Source: Phoronis australis
Lineage: Eukaryota > Animalia > Phoronida
Length of the DNA stretch: 64,000 nucleotides
Direction of reading: 5' to 3'
Assembly: GCA_002633005.1 (NCBI GenBank)
Contig: NMRA01000297.1
Span: 276,993-340,992, forward strand
Part shown: positions 1 through 13,200 of the stretch, one piece after another
Layout: each line of letters starts with the position of its first letter
Position numbering within the stretch: the stretch's first letter is position 1
Made by a program: the position numbers and the translations under genes
Notes under the pieces: model-generated
What the model saw: the letters and a program-made list of their open reading frames with translations, nothing else
What the model was told of the DNA's origin: nothing
Databases searched by the model: none

Positions 1-231
1 AAAAAATAATTGGAAGACGAAGCCCCCATTATTCCCATAACCGGTACTGGTTTGTTATATGACAAAATTAGTGACGAGCTCCAACGAGCAACGCGTCCTT
101 ACCGAGTCAGTTTTGTTGCAAGCGGGACTCAGCACTAGGCATAAGGAGCTGCATGACGCATTGGTGACCTGAAATTTGGAAATGCTAGCAGAGATTTTGT
201 CATCCTGTGTTTAGTCGTAACATGCGACCTG

Positions 232-668
232 GGCCCGGTCTCCAATCTTTTTACTCGAAATGGAACTCGAAATTAGGTTTGGCATGTTCTACTCTACTTT
301 TGAGCGAACTCAAGATACATGTAAGTGTCTATTATTCTATGCTCGAGTACACAATAACTTACGTATATAATTTATTGCCCTTAGTTCACAGTTTGTAAAC
401 CCAATATTAAAGCAATAAGTTCGAGTTTGAACTCGACATTTCGAGTTTTCACTCGAGTTTGTACCACGAATATAAGGGTCTTCAAGGACAAACTTGAACT
501 AGAAACTCCTATGCATAAACTCTAACGTATTCGAGCGCAGTCTGATAACCAATTATCTTGTGGGGTCCAAAATGTGGGGCACATATCTTAAATTCTCACA
601 AAAGGAGCAGAGAAATTGCCAAAACTAGTTTCAAGTTCGTTTCGAGTACAAAAATTAGAGACCGGGCC
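232..668. mobile_element. PIF/Harbinger-like MITE
   Basis: About 45-bp imperfect TIRs (GGCCCGGTCTC...ACTCGAAA / TTTCGAGT...GAGACCGGGCC) flanked by a CTG duplication at 229-231 and 669-671. A 3-bp CWG TSD fits Harbinger; no coding capacity. Confidence 0.7.
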
Positions 669-910
669 CTGGAATTTCCAGCGTACGGACCACGGCATAC
701 ATATGTGAAAAAACATCACAAAGCAGCGATGTTTCTATTCATTGTTAAAGGGTCAACTTACCAAATTTTGTGGTGGAAAAACACGTTTTAATTTTCATGC
801 AAGATTTCCAGATTATCCATGGTCGGAGCACCATAGGGGGTTGGGGGAGGGTGAGGCAGGGCAAAAGCCCCCACTATTTCAGTGCTGCGCTGCCCGTCGC
901 ATTTTAGTGC

Positions 911-1038
911 AGTGGTCAATCTGAGAACAGTCGTCCATCTGAGAACAGTGGCTCAATTGAGAACAGTGCTGCATCTGAGAACAGTGCTCCATTTGAGAGC
1001 AGTGGCTCAATTGAGAAGGGTAGCCCATCTGAGAACAC
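911..1038 (+). repeat. ~20-bp minisatellite, ~6 copies
   Basis: Recurring core TGAGAACAGT at a 19-20 bp period. Confidence 0.85.
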
Positions 1039-1137
1039 GTGACAAAACCTAGTCACATCTTCGTGTTTTCAATTAAACAAAATCTGTTTAAGTGAAAAGT
1101 ACCAAGGACGGAAAGAAACCCAAAGCAACCAGGCTAA

Positions 1138-2098
1138 AAGAGACTGACACCCGATTTAATTAGTCTTTTTTATCGTCTTTTAAGATTAAAATCCGTCTAT
1201 ATCCGTGTGAGCGCAAGCTACATGTAATTTAGTGTTTGCTGACAGAAAGCTCTTTGAAACAATTACTCGATTTTATATGCTATGCTCACATGTTAGGAAA
1301 ATGTTTATTTAGAAATACAAATACATTATTCAAATCATTGTTACTGTACAACCTTTGCCCTGACGGTCTGTGGAAGGGGAACCCGGCCGACTTCGCGGCC
1401 CAACGACAAGTAAGTAGATTAATTTTTCAGTTTCGTGGCTAATTCACATAAATAATTACGTGCACATTATTTCTTTGGTTCACTATTATAGTCCTTTCGT
1501 GACTGGAGCTTTAGTTTCCAAATCAAGCTGGTTTATGTTCGTGCCAGTCCCGGCGGCCGTAACTGGCCTGATTGGGTTTCGAGCCACTGGCCGGGATAAT
1601 AAGCATTTTGTGTGTTTAGAATTCAAAAAATCACAAGTCTAAACAATACAGATCTACATGTAGGTTCTCCTGTCTGTATTTCACTGAAGAATACTTCGAA
1701 TTTATCTCCGAACAGACCCCAAACTTCTGCTACGGACCTTGGTAAATTGGCCTGCCGAATTTTGTAGGCTACGGTGTGTCCAAATACCAATAAATCCGTA
1801 ACAGTGAAATAAAACAACACGGTTTTATAAGAACTCGGTGTATTTTTTAAAGGTTTTACATCGAAGTTTGATGATTTATTGGTGTTAAACGACGAATTCA
1901 AGCGATAAGCTGACACCAGTAACATGTGTTGTGAACTGCTGAACAGACTGCGCGTGAAACCAATGGCGTCACTGGATAATTTCAACACCTTCACCTGCCG
2001 TCAGGTGTCAGGTAACGCAACCGAACGTACTGTTATGGAGTAGAACTACTCTATCGAAATTGATACAAAATAGGTTGTTTTTTGGGTGGCATTCTCCT
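1138..2098 (+). mobile_element. Kolobok-like non-autonomous element, copy 1 (internally deleted)
   Basis: Colinear with the copies at 44940 and 49751. Right end GGGTGGCATTCTCCT|TTAA, degenerate left end; lacks the THAP-like segment. Confidence 0.75.
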
Positions 2099-2380
2099 TT
2101 AAATCATGCACATACACATGAGTCGCCACCTGCGCCTCCAACAGAAGTGTAGGTGCATGTAGTTTTGTCTAAATTTCAGGAGTTGGTCCAACAATTGGGG
2201 ATCCTCTGGAATGTAATTTGCCAATATTTGGGCCCACATATTTTTGTGAAATAATGCATTGATTTTTCAAAAAACATTGTTGGACCAAGTATGGGCCAAA
2301 ATACATCCATATAGCATTCCACAGGACCCCCAACAAGAAAAGATTAATACTCATTGTGCAATGGGACAGGGTGCGAGGAA

Positions 2381-2457
2381 GAGGAATGGGAGGAAGGGAG
2401 GGCAGGATGGAGGAAGGGGGGCAGGGAGGGTGAGGGAGGGAGCGAGGCAGGGAGGGA
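2381..2457 (+). repeat. Purine/G-rich low-complexity tract (G-quadruplex/triplex-capable)
   Basis: Many GGG runs in a nearly pure G/A tract. Confidence 0.6.
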
Positions 2458-5400
2458 AACAAATACTGAAGTATTCAAAACAGCTTATAAATGGTCTGAA
2501 TTCTGAATTTGACAGTTGTGCGTTATAGTCATTATAAGTTGTTGACATAAATATGTCAGTGCGTGTCATCAATGGCAGTCTAATAACCAAGTATGTCAGC
2601 TGACACGTTCCACTCAGATTCTGTGAATAAAGCCACATGGGTAGAAATTGCACGTTAGCGAAACGCGCACGGTTTTACTCAAGCCAGTTATCTATATAAT
2701 AACACGTTGTGGCCCACACCTGTTTTATAACACAATCAAACATTCGCAATTCTCCAATAACAGTGGAGCAAGCAAAACCCGACACCTGTTGTCCGCAACT
2801 GCAAAGCAAAATTAGTTACAATCTTCAATCCTATCTGCAGGAAGAAAAAAATTGGTACTATAAAACGTCAGAGCGGAAAATTAGACAGTCTAGAATTCAC
2901 ATTTAATTCACCATGAAATTGTTTTTTGCAGGTGAAATACATTTTGTTAAAAGTAGGCACCGTACAGTGTACAGGCCTAGCAACTGTTTCCTTTTCCAGC
3001 TCAGCTGTACACCTTTAGTATCATGGGAGGCTTTATCATTCATACTAATAATTATCAAATCAAAATCTTGTGTTAGTGATGAAGTAAGTGTAAAATTATA
3101 GAACTTGGCTCTGTTTAGTCTTACAACTCAGTTTTACAATTCACTGTGTTCATTTGGTGAACCTGTAGGTACACAGTGTTGAGTAATGTTTAGATTACGT
3201 AACACGTGGATACAATCAAACATCTTAACTGAGTAAAAGTGAACATTTTTTGAAAATAGAAAGCTAATAATATTATATTATTGACTTTTTAATAACCTGA
3301 CATTTATAAGGTCACTTGATTACGTCATTAGGTCACCTGGCTATGTCATTTAATAAAACATAGTAAAACAGGAAAGGCACACCCTTCCAACGCTTCCAAT
3401 AACTCGGCCGCATTTCATTAAATGTATTTGTTCAAAAACCCTAATAGCCTACAGTTTTCTAAAATATGATTTCGTTTTCGTTTTACGTAACTTTTGAGTT
3501 TTTTAAAATAAAATCACAGAAGCAGTATTTTTATAGTCCCTCATGCAAAAGTGGGAAATTTTGAACCCAGTTTTGTAGAACAGTGAGTACAAAACTGTAC
3601 GTACGTGATAATTTCAGTTATTTGTGAGAGATGGAGTTCCAAAGTTACTCTGCATAACCTGATGACAACGTGCACTGTCGTATGATCGATCATTGCTCAA
3701 AAACCACACTCTCGAGCTTGGCTGTATATCATCTACCTGGTATGCCACTGTTCTTGTCAACACAGCGGTACACATGATGACACACTTCTTTCAGCAAAAT
3801 TCACCACTTCTAAGCCAAATCAGGTGATGGGATATATATTTGAGTTTTGATGGTGTTGGCCCTGCAAATTCTGAATATTGTGATTTGCAGGTTTTATTTT
3901 TGAGCCACGTAATTCCTTCTCCAAAATGAACTAATAAAGTGGAAATCGATCGTATGAAAACAGTCTCTGTGAGAATTTACAAATGCGTTGAACAACTCTA
4001 TGCATCTGACAACCATATTTGTATTATTTTGTAGAGTAGCGGTCCTGCTGTGCCTGACTGAGATGAGTGTAGTTGAAAACCCATACACATATTCTGTTCA
4101 ATACTTGACGCTCAATGCGCAAGCTAAGTACCCTAAATCCAATTTAGAACAAATTGTTCAGAAAATCGTACCATTTTATTCTAAGTGTCTGTCGTCTTCG
4201 AGATTATGGATGGCTTCCATCAAATTTAAAATTTCTACCTACTTAACCGATCATCGCATTCAATCGATGAAGGCTTCTTTTTAAAAAATATAAGTTCCAG
4301 ACAGCGTTATTACGCCAATTTCAATGTTATAATTCATTTAATCTCCTTTATATATACACACACACACATATGCTTTTGTGGGTCTTTACCTTGATTTCAA
4401 TGATTCTGAAAAATATAACGTCATTTTCCGGAGCCTTCACAAAACGTTACTAGTTGTGAAAAGTTACCATTGGAAAATTAAAAATATTAATTAAATGCTT
4501 TTCACAAGACAAAGCTTCTGCGGGGACACAACTGTATTTTAATAATTTTATTCCTAACGGACCTCTTAAGCACCACAGTATAACAGGGCCATGTTATTTA
4601 ACGAGTTGTGTATTGAAAATAAAGCATTAGCTGATGACCACAAGTCAAAAAAACTTTTGATTCAGCCATTTACAGTTATAAAATCTGCCTAGTTTTGTTC
4701 CTCACTCGGAATAGAAAGTAACTGAATGATTGAGAAACACTGTCCGTTTGTTATTGTTTCAAACTAAACTCATCAAGGTACTTGTCACGGCGGGTTACTA
4801 TAGTAGAGTTATCAGGGGATCTCCAGGCGATTTATTGCAACCAAATTGAACATTCGATGAGAACGCGATGACAGTGCCTGAAAAGGCTATAAGTTGATTT
4901 GACCCTAAAACATGGTCTTTAGCGGATCATCTCATTTGTTCAATGTCCAACTAATGACTTCACGAAGGGACATTCTAGTTATAGTACCCCTAGATTGGAT
5001 CATCGTCTCGCAGTAGCTCTAATGATAAAATCGGCCAAAATGTCTGGGGTGCCAGTGTTCAAAAGGTTTCATACACAATTTGTGTTTATTGTTGGTTAAT
5101 ACTCGGCCCAAGTCTCTGGCCGCAGACGGAATAATTAGAAAATTGAGCTGAGCTGATCAATTGCATGTACATCGTGTAATTGTGTGTTGTCAACAGAAGA
5201 TAATGGTGTAAGTGTAGAGGCCCACGTGGGTGAATATCGCAGACAGTACCCTGCCACTAACATCGTCCGGTGAACTTATCGCAGACATTAACCAGCAACT
5301 AACATCGCCTGTTTACTCCAGTGTGCTGGTTTTATTTAATGCCCACTGTTGTGGAGTTACAGTGTACAAGTATTGTTGGCTTTATTGCACTCTACTAGTA

Positions 5401-7795
5401 ATTTCTGTAAGAGTATTTTTCTCGCCGAGAATGCACGTTGAAATGTTGCCGCATCAAAAGGTCTTTCCCACTGCCTCCGAAGCTTCGGTGTTACCGGTCA
5501 GTGAGAACATTAACTTCGTTCTTGAATCGAAGTAAACAGCGCAAGTTAACTCCTTAGTAAGGAGATGGATTTAACAGCGAAGCGCCGACGCTTCGCCATA
5601 ATGGGAACATTTTTAAGTTAATACGTGGACGTCAACGGAATTATCTACAAGGTCACTGCCTGCGTTTGCCAACAGCGGGCGGAGACTGGTTACCATTTGT
5701 TAATATTTATTCTTATAATTATTATTTTGGATGTTAAAACTTTCTGTTTCAATTTATCTACGTATTTGCTGGATTATTTACATTAACAAAAGTCATTGAA
5801 AGAGCAGTTTACGCAAAACGAGTTCCCACCATGCCATACCACCTTTGTTTGAATCAGCTGTGCGCCTGCGCAAGAGTAACTTATTTTGTATACGTCATTT
5901 TCTAGTGTATCGTCATCTTTCCAACGTAGCAACCGTAAGCTGCCTTTTGAAGTTGACGTTCTAGTTTCCTTCTGGGGAGAGGCCCATTATGCCAAGCACT
6001 GTCAAAAACAGCAAGGCCACCCATAAACCAAAAGTCATATTTGGTGCCGCTTTGCGATAATTTACTAAGCAATTGATGGGAACATGAACACTCTTAACTT
6101 CTGGGTTAACCACAGCTTCGATAGCAGTATATGAGAAGTCTGTCTAATGCATAACGCGACATTATCTTAACACACTGTAATAACAATCAATGAAATGAAA
6201 TATAGCCATCAAAGGTTGTAATTAAAATAAACATTTGCATTGAATTAGTAAATACAAGATTTACAACATTTATGCAAAGATGAAATAAACTAGGCAGACT
6301 TCGACATCTTGTCGCAAGCATGAGGCAGTTTAGTCAAATCTTTGACAGACGTGCGCAGTAAGTAGTCGCGATTATGTCATTGATGAAGCATCACCAATCG
6401 AGATTTTGTCGAAATTTAGCAAAAATTGAACCGGATTTTAGTCGAAAATAAACGGACATTTTATCACACTTTTGCGTGATGGAACTTTGTCGAATTTCGA
6501 CCACGTCCAGTTTATTTTGACAGCTGTATTTTTGAGGAGACGGGTCACGTTTAAACAAGCGATCATTCATTTGATGTCATGGCGTTCACAAAACCGAGAC
6601 TAATGGGTAGAACGTAGGCTTGTGATCCGCAATCCCGTGTTCCGTTTATAGTGCTGCTCCAAAAATACGGAACTCAGAACAATGCGTTTGTATAGAAAAG
6701 AGCCACGGTAATTAACAACTTTCGTGGTTATTGAAAGGCAGTAATTTTTAAGACGTTTATACGCATGTGCGTATCTAATATGCGTGTCCTCTTTCACAGT
6801 GATGACTGAATTGATTTCATCAAATCTTAATTAACAGACATCACGCCTTTGTTCATAAGAAACTTTTGATTATTTCGAATGATCGTAACTTCACACGCAA
6901 TTTTTGAGCAAGTACAAATTATCGCCGTCTAAAGACGATGGAAGTATGTATCAGATTTTTGTTTTTTCTTCGAACCTCGGAGATAACGACAGCCTGAAAA
7001 GATGAGACATGGAATGATGTTCAAAGCGGGAATCGTTTTGCTGGTTTCTCCATTGTTAGAATCACGGTCACCACTGTTCAGACGGCAACATTAAATAGTT
7101 CAAACTGCAAACTTTAAGTCGCCTGCTGTTTAGGTTGTTTTAAATACACGTTTAAACCAAAAACTAGTACGTCGGTAGCTCAATCGATATTTACTGATGA
7201 TGAGCCTCACGGTGCCGGGGACGGTGTCATCTTCAGACAGTTTGCCATACAAACACGCTAATTTAGGCAAATATCTCAACCAGTCTCATTACGGAACACT
7301 GTGGGAAAATGTAAGTAAATCTACCACACGATTTCTTTTACACGCCTATATGTTGCAAAATAATTTTCGACGTATCTTGTTTTAGTTAATTAATTAATGG
7401 CAAAAACTTAAACAATTCTGAAAAACAGAAATTGCGAAATCTCAAAAATTTGTTTAGTGAATCATCTCTGGCAAAAACATCTAAACGATTATCCCAAAAT
7501 GCACAGAACGCTTTCATGGTGGGCATTAACTCGGGAAATTACAGTACACACTGAAAGATTTTGTCCTATAAAGCTGCCGTTACAATAGACATTCGTTTCA
7601 TATTACCCAACCGCCACGAAACCTACAGGCATTACTGTCGTTTAACGATGACAGAAAAACATGTAGATGTAACCGTCTTGAAGGTTGTATTTCCAGTGGA
7701 ATATCGTGGGGGAGTCCGAGTTTCTCAGCTATGTGTTCATTACTTGTTTGATATGGGACATGTTTTATGAGACTTGATAAATTTCTGAAGCTATC

Positions 7796-7859
7796 ATGGG
7801 TGAGGAAGTGAACGAGCGGAGCAAATACCCAGAGTACTGTCAAACAATGCGTGTTACAG
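7796..7859 (+). CDS. Vax: Vax homeobox protein, coding exon 1 (MGEEVNERSKYPEYCQTMRVT)
   Basis: ATG preceded by in-frame stops; ends at ACAG|GTAAG in phase 1, matching exon 2. The junction gives EYCQTMRVTD-ANG, equivalent to vertebrate Vax DYCRRILVRD-AKG. Confidence 0.85.
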
Positions 7860-8127
7860 GTAAGATGATCGTTGATAGTATTTCGCTGATTAAGAGAAAA
7901 TGGTTTCTTTTGGGAATTCTGTAATTACATGAATTAATCTATATTTATACGTGTAACTCCTCACAACCATGCGTAAAATTGACGTTTTAACTAGATAACA
8001 CGTCCTTAAAGCGTGGTCTGCATTTGCAAACTTTTTGTTTGCAAATTGGACTCAACTTGAGTGACTACTACATTTAGCGCGAATTCGCCAATATGATTGT
8101 AGACGAGATGTTACAGTGATATTGCCT

Positions 8128-8174
8128 GTTTGGAACACGTGCGTCTTCACGTTTGGAACACGTGCGTCTTCACG
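8128..8174 (+). repeat. 23-bp tandem duplication
   Basis: GTTTGGAACACGTGCGTCTTCAC x2. Confidence 0.85.
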
Positions 8175-8431
8175 TACGTTTGGGTGGCCCAAGTTAAAAT
8201 TGATGCTTAAACTTGGCATGGTGTACTAAACAACAATAAACAATAATAATTTTCTGCGAGTGTGAATGTAACGAATGTACTGAATCTCATACTTTTCATT
8301 ATCCACCCACAGTTCATGCTGCGCGTGAAATGTGAGACAGTATCTACACGAGTCTTCACAAAGCATTGGGTTTTCGTCCCTTCTTCAAGCGGAAACTTAG
8401 CCTTGGTACAAAGCTGTATATAAATATGCAG

Positions 8432-8580
8432 CTTTGCACCGATGTGGGTAAAAAAGTGGTAAGATAAAATCTGACACAAAATTAGTATCATTAAAAACTA
8501 CAGTCTTTGCACCGATGTGGGTAAAAAAGTGGTAAGATAAAATCTGACACAAAATTAGTGTCATTAAAAACTACAGTCTT
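8432..8580 (+). repeat. 73-bp tandem duplication
   Basis: Units start at 8432 and 8505, with one mismatch. Confidence 0.9.
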
Positions 8581-9250
8581 CCTTGAGTAAACTAAATTAT
8601 TCAATGGTCTTGGAAAAACTGGCGTTCTACCGTTATTCTGTTGCTAAAGTTGTGGAGCGATATTATCGGCAGCTTTCGGCGCCAAGAAATATTGCGTCAC
8701 CTATTGGCCAGTTTCTTTTCTCGCCGATTCTTCAATCAACTGTTGTTCTTTCTCGAGGTTTCATACATGTCGCAACAAATTATCCGAACTGGTTTCACTT
8801 CATTATAAGTGTTTAGAATTTTGTTACCGAAAAAACAAATTTCAGAAGAAACTTTGCTGCTGCTAGGCTATCACCATCTCCTGAGAGCTGTCGCAAAATT
8901 TAGGAAATGGCGCGTGCGTGTAACACGAGCATACTGTTTTCAAAACGACGACATACTTTTCGTTGTTAGAAAGGCGGAGAGTTACGCAAGAAAATGACGT
9001 TTATTGCATTGTTTTTCACTAAACGGCTGTAACGGGCAAGGTGAGTGTCGGTTGATTCCCAGATTTTGCATGTACCCCGTCCGGTCTTTAGCTTTACATG
9101 TTGATACAAGTTTCACAGCGAGGTGATGAGCAGAACTACCCTGGCTGTGTGCAATTCTGGTATCTACGGAAGAAATACATACAGTGGTACCTAGCAGTCT
9201 TCATACAGCTAGCTGGCTGGCTAGCGGAACCGTGCGCCGAGATATATAGA

Positions 9251-9388
9251 ATCCTACACGAGTCTCGGGTTTATGACATGGGCAAAACCTCTTGGAAATT
9301 TCGTTCAAAATCCCGAGGATTGCCGAGGGATTTTGACAAAATTCCTAGAGGTTTTGCCTATGTCATAAATCTGAGACGAGTGTAGGGT
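9251..9388. repeat. Imperfect palindrome (~60-bp arms), foldback-type non-autonomous element
   Basis: CCTACACGAGTCTCGGGTTTATGACATGGGCAAAACCTC...AAAATCCC pairs with GGGATTTT...GAGGTTTTGCCTATGTCATAAATCTGAGACGAGTGTAGG. Confidence 0.8.
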
Positions 9389-10299
9389 TTGCTTTCTCAT
9401 AAGAACCGTAAAAAAGATCTTTTTGCTGAAAAAACGATGTGTCTAAAACTTTCAATCACATGACGCAACTTTTATAAAAACACGCTTGAGCAATCCAGTT
9501 ACTTTTTGTTAATAGTTTTATTTTAATCTTTACAATTGTAACTTGCATATAGCTTTCGTAGCAAATATCCAAGTTAGAAGCTAATAAATAGTCTTTGAAA
9601 CTGTAATATTAAAACTTTAAAAAATGTTTATATATAGCAGTCAGCAAGGATTCCCCGCGCGTGAGTACTGATTTGACCTTGAAACAGTACAGCCAGACAG
9701 TCTCGCCGCATTTCTAGAGTTGGGGCTCGTCTCCGTTTGAATGAACGTGGATATGGATATCGCCGCCGAAGATGGGTCCGTTTCAGGAGTTGTTTGCATG
9801 TCCTTCCAACTGGGAGTACGTACAGTTGCGACACCCTATTTGTCAATCATAACCTTTTCACCTTCTCGGAATTCCGGCATTGTTTGGTTGGCGCGCGTTT
9901 AGTTGTTTTTATTGTTTTGCAGACGATAAAATGTAATATGTAATGATTTCTACTTTGCCCTACTTTGTGATTCGCCCATGTAATGTCAAAAAATTGCGTA
10001 CTGGTGTTACGTGTATTTACCAGTCGTGTCGTAACACATTGCAGGTCATGTGAGAAATATCATTGTTACAAGTCACATGTGAGAATCAAAACTACCTGCA
10101 ATTTACTGCAATTTAACAAGTTCAATTACCAAAGCAAAATGGATTCCCAACAATATTTTATTCGTACAGATACACATACACGCGTTATGGCTGTATCACA
10201 TCAACGTAAAATAGTTTACTTAGTCTTGTTTTTGAACGGATATAGAATAAAATTGTCAAACATTTTTTGCAATATCAATTACTGATTTGCATAATGTTT

Positions 10300-13200
10300 T
10301 TTCGGGTATTCATTATCATTTATAAACAATTACAAAAAACAAACAAATAAATAAGTACATCCATTCCTTCACGCATGCACACCTCAGAAGAGACCGTTCT
10401 CGTAGCTCGTACAGCTAAAGTAATCAACGTCTACACGGAGTTAACGTGAACAATGAAATTTTCCCATTTCGCAAAGAAGTTGTCATATACAAGGTTTTTA
10501 TATGCAATTATTTTTTCAGCATTATAGTACTCATAAGTTTTTGTAACAAACTTGTGAAAATTAGGTATATTTTTGTGACATCTCTCCTTGTAAACGTACT
10601 GTTTGGCTAGTAAAAGCAAAATGTTAAAAGGAAAATCTTGCGTCTCATAAAGTCCAAGAGTAACACGTTCGTAAGAGAGAGAGAGTTGGGAAGCTGAATG
10701 CGACACTTTTGAAGTAGCTTTCCGAATTCCTTTCAGAAATCTTATACACGGCGACATTCCCAAAAAGGTGTGACAGCGTCTCTGGAGCTTTATTACAAAT
10801 AGAACATAAATTAGAATCCCGAACACGGATTTTGACTAAAAAGGTATTTGTTGCAATAATCCTGTGTAGTATTCTAAATAGCTCACTTGCGAGTTTCTCG
10901 CTAGTCACTGTGACATCACCGGAAAGGGGGCAAAACCCGCCATATTGCTCTTGTTTTGCCCCGAGTCTTTGCTACACACGCTAAAACTTACTGGAGTTCT
11001 TATGGTGAATTTTACGCTTAAAACGTTAAAACAACTTAAGACGGTAGATGGGTCGTGGAATAACTGTGAATAGACGAAGAAAATGTGACCTTGTTATGTT
11101 GTGCGAAGCTGTGAACGGACTGAAATTGGAACTTAACCCGCTCTAGGCCTGAATGGCGCAGGCATACAGGGGCGATAGTGTATCCCCATAAAAAGATATT
11201 CACTTCAAAATACAGCAAATAAAATCAAGTGAAACATGCATATGTGCACATGAAGTTATAATTAACACATACCCTGACTCTGGACACAATTTAGTCTACA
11301 AATAACTTGAGCATATTCATGAAAACCTCGCGGATCTCTCGAGTTTCTCTCACTAAAGAGCCGCCATTTTGAGGAAGTTACGTGAAATCACGCTTGTTGA
11401 CGAACAAAAAGTCCAAGGGACACAAATCTTACAAATTTCACTTGATATTTTCTCATGCTATTTTGAAAGTGTCACGCCCCAGGTCACGCGCCAGATCTCG
11501 CGCTTCACTCAGTCTCGCGCTAGCCTTTGCCTCATACTCACCTGACTCAGTTGAAATACATTGTACTTGATTGTGGTAATCGCGCGCGCGGACAAAGTTA
11601 ACAGTAACCACAAAGTGGAGTTGGAATTCTTCGCCTAAGTCACCTGAATTCCCATATATATGCTTCATCGAAGATATGTTTAGAAGCAGAACGAGTCACT
11701 GAAGAACGTAAGAGCCTTTTAGATGCTAATTTTAGGTGTAGAATGTATTTTCGACGAGGTGAAAACTTTACCAGTGAGCGGATTTCGCCTACCGCCCGTT
11801 TAAAATACACGGGACGAAATTAGTACAGCACGCGATAGAACGTATTGTAATGCGAATCTGAAGTTCATTTGCCATAACAGCAATGCTTTTGGGCACTTTT
11901 CGAACTAAACGGCTAAAAACTCGAAGACAATAACAGAATACACTCTGCTACCGTATTGGGCAAATGACCAAACGACAAGCTTTTGCCCCACTTCCCGTGA
12001 CGTCACAGTTAAGTCTCACATAATCTCGCGTTATTGTTATAAACTCGCAAAAGGCCTATTGTAACCATCTAATGTTGGGATCCTTTGCAATTTCATGAGG
12101 CAATGCGTATATTTTCTTCCAGTCTCAACTATCTCCTAACTCTATTTCCCATTTACACTCTGACTTGGAAGATCATTAAAGACTGAACAACTATGTCTAC
12201 AATCCTTCAAATCTCTCCGCAAGTGAGTAATTGCTAAGGACATGCAAGAAGAGCAGACATTAATACTTTAAATTTATTTTGAAATAGATTTTTCTGAAAT
12301 CTTCCTAGAACAGAAACAACACAATTATATTCTACTAAGTTGGTTTTTACTTGAAACCCATTTTCCATGTGGTTCAAACTAACGAAATCACCATCAGAGG
12401 TGATAAATCTTAAAATTTTTTCAAACCAAGGCTTATAAAAACACTTTTGCCTCCGATCGCCAAATTACTATTAAAGCAAAAGGTTGATTCAAAACGTCCT
12501 CTTTACTCGCATGTCATACTTCCAAATACGTCGCGTCAGTAGGAATTACAAATTAGAGTCAACTTCGACTTAATAAAGTCATCTCCAAATGAAGCAAAAT
12601 TGTTTAAGAACGGGTAGAGTGAGTTCAGTAATTCACCACTTTTAGACGCAGGGCTTTAAAGATATCTATGGGCCATGGCAAGTTTTAAAGCTTTGCTGAA
12701 GGTATGCATATTAATCATTTGAAGCCCCCCTTGATCAAATTTTTAAAAGGCCGTAGTTCATTTAATTTTATCATTACGAGTCTGCCATACAAATCTAAAA
12801 ATGTATTCAATTCATCCAAGATTGTTACTGGTGAATTCGGTAAACTTGACAACAAAAAATTAAGTTTAGAAATACACCGTATGCTTTAATTACAGTTACT
12901 TTACCAAACGGCGTTAAATTTCGTAGACTCCAACTTTTTAATGAAGGCTTATTCTCAGTTATTGTTGCAGTGAAGTTCTTATGCGTCATACTATCCAATT
13001 GAGTGTCAAAATCAACCCCCCCAAAATCTAAAAAAGTGTGTTGTCCAAGACAGGCTTTCTTTGGTAGGAATCACGTCATAATTTCCAGTTTTACTTCCAA
13101 ACCATATGACTTTTTTTCATCCACATTCACTTGGAGACCGGAGACACTAGCACACAAATGTAGTACAACCAATGTGCTAGTCAATGACAAATTTGACGGA

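Noticed and set aside
1623-1994. ORF 'conserved' with 46189-46497 and 50975-51184
   Set aside because: Similarity arises from copies of one repeat, and frames break differently in each copy.
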